This document shows positions 27,879 through 37,541 of a DNA stretch of 64,000 bases, piece by piece (position 1 is the first letter of the stretch; every line of letters begins with the position of its first letter). The notes under the pieces were generated by a model. The model saw only the letters and a program-made list of their open reading frames with translations, did no database searches and was not told the origin of the DNA. A program made the translations under genes and the position numbers. Where the stretch lies: contig JAEUWC010000016.1 of the NCBI GenBank assembly GCA_016786465.1, forward strand, positions 146,422 through 210,421. The letters are read 5' to 3'. This stretch comes from Bdellovibrionales bacterium. GTDB taxonomy: Bacteria > Bdellovibrionota > UBA1018.

Positions 27879-29462
27879 ATGAGCATCAAAAGAAAATTCT
27901 GTGCGCTACTGACCACCGAATGGGAACCCGAACTTCAAACCGTCGAAGTCGCCATGCCCTTTCAATTGCCCCAGTTCCAAATTATTGGACTTGCGGGACC
28001 TGAAGTCGCGGAAGCGCGTGAACGGATTCGTGCCGCTTTTGAGGAATCCGAACTGGAATTTCCCAAACGCAAAGTCGTTGTGAACCTGGCACCTGCACGG
28101 ATCCGAAAACAAGGCACGGGCGCCGACCTGGCGATTGCGTTAGCGATCCTGGAACGATCGCTACAACAACAAGATGCGGGGGCCTGGGTCGCAGAAGAAG
28201 TTTGGGTCGCGTCAGGTGAACTGGGACTAGACGGTGGTCTTCGCCCAATGAATCAACCCCTTCGAACACTGCAAGCCGCAATCCGCCACCAGGCGGATGC
28301 CGTGGTTTTTCCTGAAGCCGAACGAGAAAAGGTAGCGACCTATGCAAGTCTGCTTGCGTGCCAGGGCAGTCGCATTCCGAAAATTTTTCTGATCCGATCG
28401 TTGAAGGATGCCGACCTGATCTTTCAAGGCCAACTACCCCCTTTAAAACCAGACGATTCGCCGGACCTTCCAGAAACCAGATCAAAGGACCCTTCGCAGC
28501 TTCTGGAAATATCTTGGATGGATCGTACCGCCGTCGGAATTGCCTGTGCGGGTCGACATCACGTTTTACTTTTGGGACCCCGCGGAGCCGGAAAAACACA
28601 TCTTTTGGATTGGATCCGATTTCTGCGTCCGCCAAGTGCTACTGAAGACGTTTTAGAAAGGGCCAGCATTGAAGAAATGGGCACCCCAGGCAGTGTGGAT
28701 CCTTTTGTATACGTCAGTCCTACTGTCCGCCCGTCAGCGCTGATTGGAAGCTTTCAATCCGGAAAATGGACTCCGGGGGCTCTTAGCCGCGCGAATCGCG
28801 GGGTCCTGGTTGCCGACGAATTCGCGGAATGGTCCCGCGATTCACGTGAAACCCTTCGCGAGCCATTAGAAAACGGAATGATCAGTTTGACCCGAACCGG
28901 AGGCCATCTGCGTATCCCTTCACGTTTTCAGTGGCTGGGAACATCCAATCTTTGTCCGTGTGGTGGCTGGCCGATCGAAATTCAAGTTCCCGATCACTTG
29001 AAGTCCGCAAAGCTTCCGACCTGCTATTGTCCAAAGACCAGCCGTGATTCATATCGCCAAAGAATTTCGGGTCCTGTCATCGATCGAATCGACATTCTTT
29101 GGTTTATGGCGGCGGGCTTGGGCAAGAACTCGGAAAAATCCCACGAATCAGAAAAGCGTGCTCACGCGCTCGCTGCCCAAGTTCGTGATTGCCGAGCCCG
29201 CTTGATCCGTTCCTATTCAAAACTTCCCAGTGAAATGAGCCCCAAAGAAATTCAGTCTTGGGTCGAGGCCCATCCCGAAATCTTCCAGTTTGAAGAAGAA
29301 ACGAACGAAACAGAAACCTTGAGCTTTCGCCGGCGCCATAAGTGGGCTCGCCTAACCCTCAGCGCATCGGCGTGGCTGGGTTCGGATCGTCCCCACCGAA
29401 CGGGGTTTGAACTGGCTAAAACCCTGTTTTCAGCAGGGGTGGCTAGTCCTGTAAATGATTGA
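27879..29462 (+). CDS. comM: Mg-chelatase-like AAA+ protein ComM/YifB
   Basis: N-terminus aligns residue-for-residue with E. coli YifB (...TVEV...GLAGPEVAEARERIRAAF...). AAA+ core (LLLGPRGAGKT) follows. The ORF stays open upstream to a GTG at 27579, but that would overlap comEC. Confidence 0.8.
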   Translation: MSIKRKFCALLTTEWEPELQTVEVAMPFQLPQFQIIGLAGPEVAEARERIRAAFEESELEFPKRKVVVNLAPARIRKQGTGADLAIALAILERSLQQQDAGAWVAEEVWVASGELGLDGGLRPMNQPLRTLQAAIRHQADAVVFPEAEREKVATYASLLACQGSRIPKIFLIRSLKDADLIFQGQLPPLKPDDSPDLPETRSKDPSQLLEISWMDRTAVGIACAGRHHVLLLGPRGAGKTHLLDWIRFLRPPSATEDVLERASIEEMGTPGSVDPFVYVSPTVRPSALIGSFQSGKWTPGALSRANRGVLVADEFAEWSRDSRETLREPLENGMISLTRTGGHLRIPSRFQWLGTSNLCPCGGWPIEIQVPDHLKSAKLPTCYCPKTSRDSYRQRISGPVIDRIDILWFMAAGLGKNSEKSHESEKRAHALAAQVRDCRARLIRSYSKLPSEMSPKEIQSWVEAHPEIFQFEEETNETETLSFRRRHKWARLTLSASAWLGSDRPHRTGFELAKTLFSAGVASPVND

Positions 29463-29579
29463 TATCAAAAGAAAAATATACCTAAAATTCCCCATTAAGA
29501 TTTAAACCACGAGATCCGAAGAGAAATTGACCATATATGTCGGGTATTGGTACCCTAAAAGATGGGGAAGGGGGAAGTC

Positions 29580-32444
29580 GTGAATCTGAAATTCTATTCG
29601 ATAGCAATCGCGGCGGCCGCCCTATTCACCCTCAGCGCATGTACAAACCAGATCGGCCGCCCAACGTCGAGAAACACCACGACATCCAGCGGAACCTTGG
29701 CCGAATCCGATGGGGCTCAAGGTCAATGCCGAAACATCGACAAGTCCAGCCCAGATCGACTGACCTGCAAAAGCTGTTATCAAACTTTGCTTTCGTCTCA
29801 GTGTGGAAGCGTTTCGGCGTCGAACTGTTCGGCTGCAGCCCTTGCGTTGGATCCGGCATCTTGCTGCCAAGATGCGGCTGTGAAGAAGAATTTTCCAGCA
29901 CTGGTCAACCAGTGCATCTTGCAAACGAACACTGCTGGATTTACCTGCGGAATCACTTGTCCCAGCAGTCAAGTCTTGAACACGAGCACCTGTCAGTGCG
30001 TGGCACCGACCGTCACCCTAAGTACCGTCGGAGCCGGCGGTACGACTTATATCGACACAGGCGTCACCGACTTCGGACCGCCGGTGGTCAGCGCAGTCCT
30101 TTCGACCAGTTCTTTGGAATACTATTCTGAAACCAGCTATTCAGGCGCGATGGTCAACACCTGCGGCCCAAGCACAACCACTGCGCCGCCAGTATGGTTG
30201 GGGGTGAGAAATCGCGGAAGTTCGATTCCGGCGCTGAACACCTTCGGAGCGCCCGTTGCTTCATCAAACACCAATGCTGCCAGCAACCCGATGGCACCGA
30301 CACCGCCGCCACCCACTGCGATGAACGGACCGGGAGGTGCAAATGCGGTACTTCAGTTTATTTTTCAGTCCGGTGGCCTGACCGAATTCGGAAACGCGGA
30401 TACGGTCACACACAAGATGCGCGTGGGTACCAACGCCAGCGGCGGACAGCCCGGAAACCTGATCCTGCTTTCAGGCCGGCCCAACGAAGTCATACCCTGG
30501 ACTTTGCCTTCCTTTCCCCCTGCAAACGTTCCGAATGCGGAAGCGGCTATGTCGCTGAACGGAATGGCGACCGGAGACGAATACATGGCCGCATGGGCCG
30601 AATGGGGAAGACCTTTGGGCGGCGCGCGTGACCGTTGGGGTAATATTTATTTCACCAACCAGGGCAACGTTCCCTCCATTCGGGTGATTTGTAATGACGT
30701 TCGATCCAATAACGAAGGCGCCGGGATCTTCAATTTTTGGTGCGCGGGACGAGAAGTCGGAAAGATTTACACCGCCGTTGGTGCGGCCAATCTTGCGCCT
30801 GCGGATTACACGGTTGGAAACACACCTGGAACTTGTACGGCTTGGGCAACCGGTGGCGCAGGTTGTTCGGCATCCACGGGCGCGGCGGCGACGACCGCAC
30901 GCCTAGCAAGCCCCGTCTCCGTGGTTTTGGATCGCTACGGAAACATCTACTTTTCGGAATCCAGCGGACTTCCAAATCGAAATCTAAACTTGATTGCCGT
31001 CGCGTGTGCGGCGCAAACCGTCGGTTTTTGCTCGGGCCGCGGTTATGTCGCCAACGAAGTGCGCGCATTCCTGGGAAGCCCTCCGACGAACTCGAACTCG
31101 GCAGCCTATAGCCCTACGATGGCACTTCCCGCAACGCCGCTGATGGCAGACGGTACCGCGGCTGCGTCCCAGTTGAACGGACCCATGGGGCTAGACATCG
31201 AAACCAGCGGAACTTCCTTGAACGTCGTCTGGGTCGAACGCGGAACCTATTGCCCAACCTGCGCTGCACCGATTGCTTTGGGATCCGGAAATATTCGCCG
31301 GTACTGCGAATTTGCGTCAACCCAAGGGCCCTGCAGAAACTTTCCGCAAAACACCGTGCTATCGAACACTTCGATCTATACTTTGGTCACCAATCCTTTG
31401 GCCGCAGGTAACCGCGTCGCTCGTGTGACCAGCCCGACACCTTATACGAATGGAACTTACCCGACCTTGGTCGACGTAAAGATGAATATCTACGGTAACC
31501 TTTTTGCCACGGAAACGACGGGGCACCGCATTTGGAAGGTTTGCTATGATTCGACCAAAGACGACTTTTGCAAGGGTTCACTTGGGTTTTCGACTTTGAT
31601 CGGATCAGGCAATCCCTATCAAAATGGAAGCATGGGAACCTTTTTTGATGGTGCTCCAGTCGCCGCGGGCGTCACACTGACCTACCCTCTTTATCTGGCC
31701 CTAAACGAACCGTACGGAGATTATTCGGTCGCCGTCGACGGAATCGCCAATATTCGTGATCAGAAAATTGTGGACAACAACATCGCCTTTACGCAAGAAG
31801 GCGGAAGATGGACCGTGCCTGGCGGCGCAGGCGGTTTAGGAAATGACGTTCGAATTCTTTGCGGCGACAACCGAACTTCGCCTGTTTTGAATGCGGGTTA
31901 CTGCCGTGGAAGAAATCTGAAGACGGCTTGGAAATTGGCCGGAATCCCCGGAGTCCCTCGCGGAGCGAAGCCGCAGACTTCGCTGGTTGACGATGCCACA
32001 GGATACATCTGGACGACGAATTACGCCGCCGATCCCGCCCAGTCGTACCAAGCAGGCAGCGCGAAGTTTTCAGCTTTGAATGGGCCCACCGGAATCACTT
32101 ACGACGGAAACGGGCAATTAGTGATTGCGACGACGGCATCACCAGCAGGAAACGTCCCGGCTGTCACCAGCACTTGGGATCCTTCGCCAGTGGCGATGTC
32201 AGACAACTATCGAGACAATTCCTTGTTTCTGATTCAGCTTTTGAAAGAAACTGAAAGATCGTCTGGGATTCGTTACCGATTTACCGACAGCAATAATCTT
32301 TCGGCCGACTATTGCTTGCGTTTCAGCATCACGACTGCGTGCTATCAGTTGAATGACCGAATCGGTTGCAATTGCTTGCCTAAAGTCGGACAAGGTGCGG
32401 CGGCATTCTGGAGCGGAATTCCGCTGGGAAGTTCCTGTCCTTGA
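29580..32444 (+). CDS. large Cys-rich lipoprotein with NHL-like beta-propeller repeats
   Basis: GTG start 4-5 nt after SD AAGGGGGAAG. Signal peptide with lipobox (LFTLSAC). N-terminal Cys-rich module, T/G/A-rich composition, and repeated motifs resembling NHL repeats (DRWGNIYFTNQGN, LDRYGNIYFSESSG, GNLFATETTGHRIWKV, GITYDGNGQLVIA). Confidence 0.6.
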   Translation: MNLKFYSIAIAAAALFTLSACTNQIGRPTSRNTTTSSGTLAESDGAQGQCRNIDKSSPDRLTCKSCYQTLLSSQCGSVSASNCSAAALALDPASCCQDAAVKKNFPALVNQCILQTNTAGFTCGITCPSSQVLNTSTCQCVAPTVTLSTVGAGGTTYIDTGVTDFGPPVVSAVLSTSSLEYYSETSYSGAMVNTCGPSTTTAPPVWLGVRNRGSSIPALNTFGAPVASSNTNAASNPMAPTPPPPTAMNGPGGANAVLQFIFQSGGLTEFGNADTVTHKMRVGTNASGGQPGNLILLSGRPNEVIPWTLPSFPPANVPNAEAAMSLNGMATGDEYMAAWAEWGRPLGGARDRWGNIYFTNQGNVPSIRVICNDVRSNNEGAGIFNFWCAGREVGKIYTAVGAANLAPADYTVGNTPGTCTAWATGGAGCSASTGAAATTARLASPVSVVLDRYGNIYFSESSGLPNRNLNLIAVACAAQTVGFCSGRGYVANEVRAFLGSPPTNSNSAAYSPTMALPATPLMADGTAAASQLNGPMGLDIETSGTSLNVVWVERGTYCPTCAAPIALGSGNIRRYCEFASTQGPCRNFPQNTVLSNTSIYTLVTNPLAAGNRVARVTSPTPYTNGTYPTLVDVKMNIYGNLFATETTGHRIWKVCYDSTKDDFCKGSLGFSTLIGSGNPYQNGSMGTFFDGAPVAAGVTLTYPLYLALNEPYGDYSVAVDGIANIRDQKIVDNNIAFTQEGGRWTVPGGAGGLGNDVRILCGDNRTSPVLNAGYCRGRNLKTAWKLAGIPGVPRGAKPQTSLVDDATGYIWTTNYAADPAQSYQAGSAKFSALNGPTGITYDGNGQLVIATTASPAGNVPAVTSTWDPSPVAMSDNYRDNSLFLIQLLKETERSSGIRYRFTDSNNLSADYCLRFSITTACYQLNDRIGCNCLPKVGQGAAAFWSGIPLGSSCP

Positions 32445-33490
32445 TTCGATTGCAAAAAGGCGATCACTTCATCCAGGCTTTCAAAGCGTTTCAGTTGATC
32501 GAACCAAGGAAGCGGCTTCCGAATTCTTGAAAAATTCAGCCACTGTTTGATTCGCGCCAGCACGTAGCGTTCAATCGGGTAACTGCGCTTCAAGCGCCCG
32601 CCTTGATCGACATCAACAAGGCGTAGCGAAACTTCGATATAGCGTGAAAGAAGTGCCAACCAATCTGACGGATTTTCAAAACTTTTGGCGCCGTCCTGAT
32701 CGCGATCGTTAAAGGGCAGCCCCAGTTCTTTTGCGATCTGAAAAACTAAACCTGGGTTTCCCAAGGCCCCGCGGCCGATCATGAAATGAAGCGAACCCGT
32801 TTCTTCGCGACAGCGTTTGAAATCTTCCAAGGTCCAGATTTCGCCGTTCGCGACCACGGGTATTCCCAAACGCGCACGAACGCGGCCAATGGGATCCCAA
32901 TAAGCTGGCGGTCGATAGCCCTGGGTTTTGGTTCGACCATGGATGGTGATCCATGAAGCCCCACCTTGCGCCGCCATTTCAGCATTTTCGTCGATGGATT
33001 CCATCGAATCAAAACCCAAGCGCAATTTTGCAGAAACAGGAATTTGTGCCGGAACCGCGCGCCGAACTGCTTCAACGATTCCGCGGATCCGGTGCGGGTA
33101 CTTAAGAAGGGTTGCTCCGCCATCGTGCCGATTTACAGTGGGCGCAGGGCAACCGAAATTCAGGTCGATCCCCGGTGCACCCAGTTCAGCTGCACGTCTT
33201 GCTGTTTCGGCAAGGACTTCGGCATTCCCACCTAATAGTTGAACTTGAACCACCGTCCCGACAGACGTTTTCCACCCCTTCAAGCTTTCCGGAATATGGA
33301 CTTTGAAAGTGCGATCCGGCGGAACCAGGTCGTTGACCCGAAGGAATTCTGAAACACAGTAAGAAAAACCGGAACGTTCCGACATCAAGGCGCGCATGGG
33401 CGCATCGGTGACGCCTTCCATAGGCGCCAAAACCAGCGCTGGTCGGCCCGCTTTGGGAAAAGCGATTGTTTCGTTGGATTCATGTTTCAT
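32345..33490 (-). CDS. tRNA-dihydrouridine synthase (Dus family) with C-terminal extension
   Basis: Motif LAPMEGVTDAPMRALMSE and TIM-barrel Dus pattern. 3' end overlaps the convergent lipoprotein gene by 100 nt. Confidence 0.75.
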   Translation of the reverse strand: MKHESNETIAFPKAGRPALVLAPMEGVTDAPMRALMSERSGFSYCVSEFLRVNDLVPPDRTFKVHIPESLKGWKTSVGTVVQVQLLGGNAEVLAETARRAAELGAPGIDLNFGCPAPTVNRHDGGATLLKYPHRIRGIVEAVRRAVPAQIPVSAKLRLGFDSMESIDENAEMAAQGGASWITIHGRTKTQGYRPPAYWDPIGRVRARLGIPVVANGEIWTLEDFKRCREETGSLHFMIGRGALGNPGLVFQIAKELGLPFNDRDQDGAKSFENPSDWLALLSRYIEVSLRLVDVDQGGRLKRSYPIERYVLARIKQWLNFSRIRKPLPWFDQLKRFESLDEVIAFLQSNQGQELPSGIPLQNAAAPCPTLGKQLQPIRSFN

Positions 33491-33541
33491 GACGCAATCG
33501 TTCTAGCACAGGGGGCAGGTTCCGGGTAACGTCTTTCCATT

Positions 33542-34264
33542 ATGTTCACCGTTGAAGCTCTGATTGCCCTTTTGACCCTGACATCGCTTGAGATTGTTCT
33601 GGGGATCGACAACATCATTTTTATCGCGATCTTGGTGGGTCGACTGCCCAAGGAAAAACAAGCATCCGCGCGAACCTTAGGGATTGCTTTAGCCCTGATC
33701 ACCCGACTGGCGCTTTTGTTTTCTTTGTCCTGGCTGATGGGATTGACCCAGCCTGTGCTAACGGCCTTCGGACGCAGTGTTTCGGGTCGGGATTTGATTC
33801 TTTTGTTCGGAGGGCTTTTCCTGATCTATAAGGCCACCAAGGAAATCCACGAAAAAGTCACAGGCGAAAACGACACCCCGAAGACGGGCAAAGGCTCGAC
33901 GAATGCGTCTCGAAAGGCGTACATCGGACTTTTGATTCAGATCGCTTTAGTGGACATCGTTTTTTCGTTGGATTCGGTGATCACCGCGGTTGGGATGGCT
34001 CAAGAACTTTGGATCATGGTCACTGCCATGATCACTTCGGTTTTGGTGATGCTGTTCGCGTCGGGTTGGATTAGTGATTTCGTTTCAAGAAATCCGACGA
34101 TCAAGATGCTCGCGCTTTCCTTCCTATTGATGATTGGGTTCATGCTCACGGTCGAAGGAACCGGACAACACGTCGCCAAGGGTTACCTTTATTTCGCGAT
34201 GGCGTTTTCCCTGGTCGTCGAACTTTTGAACATTCGGGTCCGAAAAGTCAGCAGGGGAAAGTAA
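33542..34264 (+). CDS. TerC-family integral membrane protein
   Basis: Motif GIDNIIFIAILVGRLPKEKQ and multiple TM helices, typical of the TerC/YkoY family. Confidence 0.75.
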   Translation: MFTVEALIALLTLTSLEIVLGIDNIIFIAILVGRLPKEKQASARTLGIALALITRLALLFSLSWLMGLTQPVLTAFGRSVSGRDLILLFGGLFLIYKATKEIHEKVTGENDTPKTGKGSTNASRKAYIGLLIQIALVDIVFSLDSVITAVGMAQELWIMVTAMITSVLVMLFASGWISDFVSRNPTIKMLALSFLLMIGFMLTVEGTGQHVAKGYLYFAMAFSLVVELLNIRVRKVSRGK

Positions 34265-34267
34265 TCC

Positions 34268-34702
34268 ATGGAAGTTCAAATTTCCGAAATGAAGGATTCC
34301 GACTGTGAAGGCGTCGCACGACTTTCGGGACAGCTGGGCTATCCCGCAACGGCCTTGGAAATTTCGGCAAATTGGAAGGTCATTTCCCAAGAAAAAAGCC
34401 ACGGCGTATTGGTGGCGCGCTTAGGGGATGAAGTGGTCGGTTGGCTGCACCTTCAAGAACACTGGTCACTTCCGACCGGTGCACGCTGCGAACCGCTAGG
34501 CCTAGTGATTGACGAAAATCACCGCGGAAAAAAGATCGGAACCCATTTGCTGAAGGCTGCAGAAGATTGGGCGCGCGCTCGGGGGCTGCCTGAAATCCGG
34601 TTTGCGTCCCAAACGAAACGCACGGACGCACACCGCTTGTACGAACGCTTGGGCTATACGATTACCAAGACCAGCCATTTTTTTAAAAAAGCCCTGACCT
34701 AA
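34268..34702 (+). CDS. GNAT N-acetyltransferase
   Basis: 144 aa. Motif A region NHRGKKIGTHLL. Confidence 0.65.
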   Translation: MEVQISEMKDSDCEGVARLSGQLGYPATALEISANWKVISQEKSHGVLVARLGDEVVGWLHLQEHWSLPTGARCEPLGLVIDENHRGKKIGTHLLKAAEDWARARGLPEIRFASQTKRTDAHRLYERLGYTITKTSHFFKKALT

Positions 34703-34764
34703 TTTAGTATAGATTTTTGATATTATTGGCTTATTCAACCAGACTGACGTGATCAAGTAATATT

Positions 34765-34793
34765 TTGACTTGGTGCGTCATTTTCTATATAAG
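34765..34793 (+). promoter_or_regulatory. candidate sigma70 promoter (TTGACT-N17-TATAAG) for downstream secreted-protein gene
   Basis: TTGACT at 34765-34770 and TATAAG at 34788-34793, in an AT-rich intergenic stretch. ATG at 34801. Confidence 0.3.
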
Positions 34794-34800
34794 CGACTGC

Positions 34801-35265
34801 ATGATGATTCTTGGTTTGTTGGCGATCTTCAGCTCAACGGCTTTGGCGGGAGAAATATCGGTGATCACACCGGATGACTATCGTGACAATCCGTACACTT
34901 TTAACATCCGCATGGATTCACTGAAGGGCCAGATAGCGGACGCATACTATGCGGACAATTCGCCCTATTACAATGACCTGTTGATCACGGCCAAGTACGT
35001 CGGCGCAAAAGGTTGCCTATCGAAGAAAGCCAAACTGACTTTGCTGGAAAAGACCAGCAACACCGGGCCATTTGCAGGCGGACAAGGTTACATTGTCAAA
35101 AAAGTTCGCAAGCTAGAAAAAGGCCAGAATTCTGAAATCGGTGCCAACGCCCTTTTGGCGACCCATTGCACTGCCGAAGTTCAGATCGATGCCTACATGG
35201 GTAGCGAACACGTGACGGGTACTTTTAAGTTTAAAGGCGAAGCGGAAATCGTCGTTTCTAACTAG
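34801..35265 (+). CDS. hypothetical secreted protein
   Basis: Signal peptide MMILGLLAIFSSTALAG. No recognised domain. The ORF-finder start at 34765 lies within the predicted -35 element. Confidence 0.5.
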   Translation: MMILGLLAIFSSTALAGEISVITPDDYRDNPYTFNIRMDSLKGQIADAYYADNSPYYNDLLITAKYVGAKGCLSKKAKLTLLEKTSNTGPFAGGQGYIVKKVRKLEKGQNSEIGANALLATHCTAEVQIDAYMGSEHVTGTFKFKGEAEIVVSN

Positions 35266-35683
35266 AGCTACCTTCGCGAACGCGATTGCGATTCCAAGAA
35301 GGAATTTCTACGACCAAATCCTGCGACCCATTAGGGACGCATTGGCAAGCCAAGCGAGAATTTGGCGTAACGGCCGGGGCCTTATCCAGCTGATCGCCTT
35401 CTTCGTCTGTACTTTCACTGCACGAATTCATTCCCTGGCGGACGATCACATGGCAGGTGGAACAAGCGCAGACACCCCCACACGCGTGATCAATATCGAT
35501 TTCCAGCGCCATAGCGATGTCTAGAACGCTTCCAGGAAGCCCGGAACCACTGGTGGGCATATTCGAAGGATCGATATCCACATCTTGTTTCAAACCCTGC
35601 GAAGGATTTTGAAAAGTGATGCGAAATGGTTTCGTCGCGGCCTTTGTATCCGGTTTAGTGATGTAGGGATTGGATCCACCCAT
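35258..35683 (-). CDS. fdx: 2Fe-2S ferredoxin, ISC/adrenodoxin type
   Basis: Motifs HACGGVCACSTCHVIV and LDKAPAVTPNSRLACQCVP align with E. coli Fdx cluster ligands. Start set at the internal ATG giving about 142 aa. Confidence 0.75.
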   Translation of the reverse strand: MGGSNPYITKPDTKAATKPFRITFQNPSQGLKQDVDIDPSNMPTSGSGLPGSVLDIAMALEIDIDHACGGVCACSTCHVIVRQGMNSCSESTDEEGDQLDKAPAVTPNSRLACQCVPNGSQDLVVEIPSWNRNRVREGSSS

Positions 35684-35720
35684 GGTCAGTCTTTGCCTTT
35701 TTTCCTGTGGCCTGGGCCTA

Positions 35721-36650
35721 TCATGGAATTCGGGCGAAAACACCCTGGATTGCCTGAACGAATTCAAGCTGATCCCGCCTTTGCTGCGGCGTGGGCTTGG
35801 GGGTCTGCGCCGAAAGCCACTTTTCCAAGGCTTTCATGAACTTTTCTTGCCGTTTCTTCAGGCGTTCGGATGCTGGATAAAAGCCGTAAAGCGAAGGCCA
35901 GGTCAGCTTTCCTTGGGCTTCGTCTTTGCCCGCCGTTTTTCCCAGGCGTTCTGAAGTTTCCGAAATATCTAAAAGATCATCCCCTTCTTGGAAGCAAACA
36001 CCCAATTCCGTACCGAGCGCTTCGGCCTGCCGAATTTCCTTTGTTCGGATTGCGGGTTTCTGCTTGGCACGCACGGTGGCGACGGCCAGGGCGAAGACCG
36101 CTGCGAAAAGCGCCCCTGTTTTCAGTTGATGAATTTTCACGATCGCTTTTTCAAGATCGACCGAAACAGAATCGGCCCCCAGTTCGGCCTTCTTTTGATG
36201 GGCTAAATCCATCCATTGGCCATAAACCATTCCACGCGCACCTGCGGCCCGGGTCAAGATTTGCAGCCAGTCGACTGCCGTTTCTGCGCTAGGCGCATCC
36301 GCACACCAACCCAGCGCTTCGGTTAAAAGCGCATCGCCCACCAGAATCGCGCGACCTTCGCCCACGACTTTATGCAAAGTGGGCTGCCCGCGACGAAGAT
36401 CGTCGTTGTCCATCGAAGGAAGGTCATCATGAATCAAAGAATAAGTATGAATCGCTTCAAGCGCGCAGGCCGCGGGAATCGCCTGGGATTGTGTCCGTTC
36501 AGTGCCTAGGGCTTTTGACAAAAGCAGGACCAGCTTGGGGCGAAAACGCTTTCCACCTGCCCTGACCGAATGCAAAGCCGCTTCCTGAAATCCGTAATGG
36601 CGATCCCAAGCCGCAATTCTTTTCTGAAAAGCTTTTTCAAAAGCGTTCAT
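35721..36650 (-). CDS. ispA: polyprenyl diphosphate synthase (FPP/GGPP synthase type)
   Basis: First DDxxD-type motif LIHDDLPSMDNDD and second motif FQEGDDLLD. Confidence 0.8.
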   Translation of the reverse strand: MNAFEKAFQKRIAAWDRHYGFQEAALHSVRAGGKRFRPKLVLLLSKALGTERTQSQAIPAACALEAIHTYSLIHDDLPSMDNDDLRRGQPTLHKVVGEGRAILVGDALLTEALGWCADAPSAETAVDWLQILTRAAGARGMVYGQWMDLAHQKKAELGADSVSVDLEKAIVKIHQLKTGALFAAVFALAVATVRAKQKPAIRTKEIRQAEALGTELGVCFQEGDDLLDISETSERLGKTAGKDEAQGKLTWPSLYGFYPASERLKKRQEKFMKALEKWLSAQTPKPTPQQRRDQLEFVQAIQGVFARIP

Positions 36651-37534
36651 TCTACTTTCTTTCCTTTCGCGGGAATTCGCCCCAGGGCTTTCGCCGTTTC
36701 AAGATCATCCACTGCTGTGATCCGAAAGCCATCGGCTTCAATCGTCCACTGAATATCCAAATCTTTCACCGCAAACCCGTACTTCAAGCCATAACTGCTT
36801 TCGGCTTTTGCGGGCTTTCGCCGGCGCTGAAATGCCGGCCTAGGATCCAAAGAAAGCAGGTCTTCCACCAATTCAACCAGTCCCATCCGGGTGCGCGCAA
36901 AATCTTCCAAGCGTTCCATCATTCCGGGGGCGTAAAGAACCGGATTTCGTTCAATGGGTTTTTCTGCCCAACCGGATTTGGCATCTGGAATCTGGTCGGC
37001 GTATGGAAGGTAGGGCTTGATGTCCAAAATCGGCGTTCCATCCAAAATGTCGACGCCTTCGACATGAATCGAAACGTCGCCGTTTTTCGCGACTTCGATC
37101 TTTTCCAATCGCAATGCCGAAAGTCCGATCGGGTTTGGACGATGCGGTGACCGTGAAGCCAGCACGCCGACCTTCTTGGCACCACCTAGCCTAGGTGGGC
37201 GAATCGTGGGCTTCCAATCGTAGCTTTTTCCGTGGTCCCCACCTGTCTGATGGAAAACAAAAACCACCCAGATATGCGAAAAGCGATCCAGATCCCGAAC
37301 GGCAGAAGAATAACGAAAATCCTTTTTAAAGCGAATGACACCCTTGGCGTTCGCGGCCATTCCGACTTGCCTTGGAATCCCGAACTTTTCTTTAAAGTCC
37401 GTTTCCATCACGGCGATGGGTTCAAAATTCCAAGCATCAAATCCCGTCGAAGTTTCGGAAAGCTTCTTCCTAGGCCGCTTTTTCTGCGGTGGGCGGGAAG
37501 CCGTTGGGCTGGATTTTGCCTTGGGCCCCGTCAT
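36647..37534 (-). CDS. tRNA (t6A37) methyltransferase TrmO/TsaA-like (YaeB family) with Lys/Pro-rich N-terminal extension
   Basis: YaeB-like beta-barrel region (DFKEKFGIPRQ ... RSPHRPNPIGLSALRLEKIE ... ILDIKPYLPYAD). Start uncertain; it overlaps the ileS 3' end. Confidence 0.7.
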   Translation of the reverse strand: MTGPKAKSSPTASRPPQKKRPRKKLSETSTGFDAWNFEPIAVMETDFKEKFGIPRQVGMAANAKGVIRFKKDFRYSSAVRDLDRFSHIWVVFVFHQTGGDHGKSYDWKPTIRPPRLGGAKKVGVLASRSPHRPNPIGLSALRLEKIEVAKNGDVSIHVEGVDILDGTPILDIKPYLPYADQIPDAKSGWAEKPIERNPVLYAPGMMERLEDFARTRMGLVELVEDLLSLDPRPAFQRRRKPAKAESSYGLKYGFAVKDLDIQWTIEADGFRITAVDDLETAKALGRIPAKGKKVE

Positions 37535-37541
37535 GGGTGGC

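Noticed and set aside
30194-31111. Alternative-frame ORFs (145 aa, 124 aa, 112 aa) inside the NHL-repeat lipoprotein gene
   Set aside because: The products are Arg-rich, typical of off-frame translation of Gly/Ala/Thr-rich coding sequence. The main frame has a signal peptide, SD and repeat motifs.
35684-35767. Longer N-terminal extension (28 aa) of the ferredoxin ORF
   Set aside because: Alignment to E. coli Fdx places the start at the internal Met. The extension would leave no space before the upstream ispA stop.
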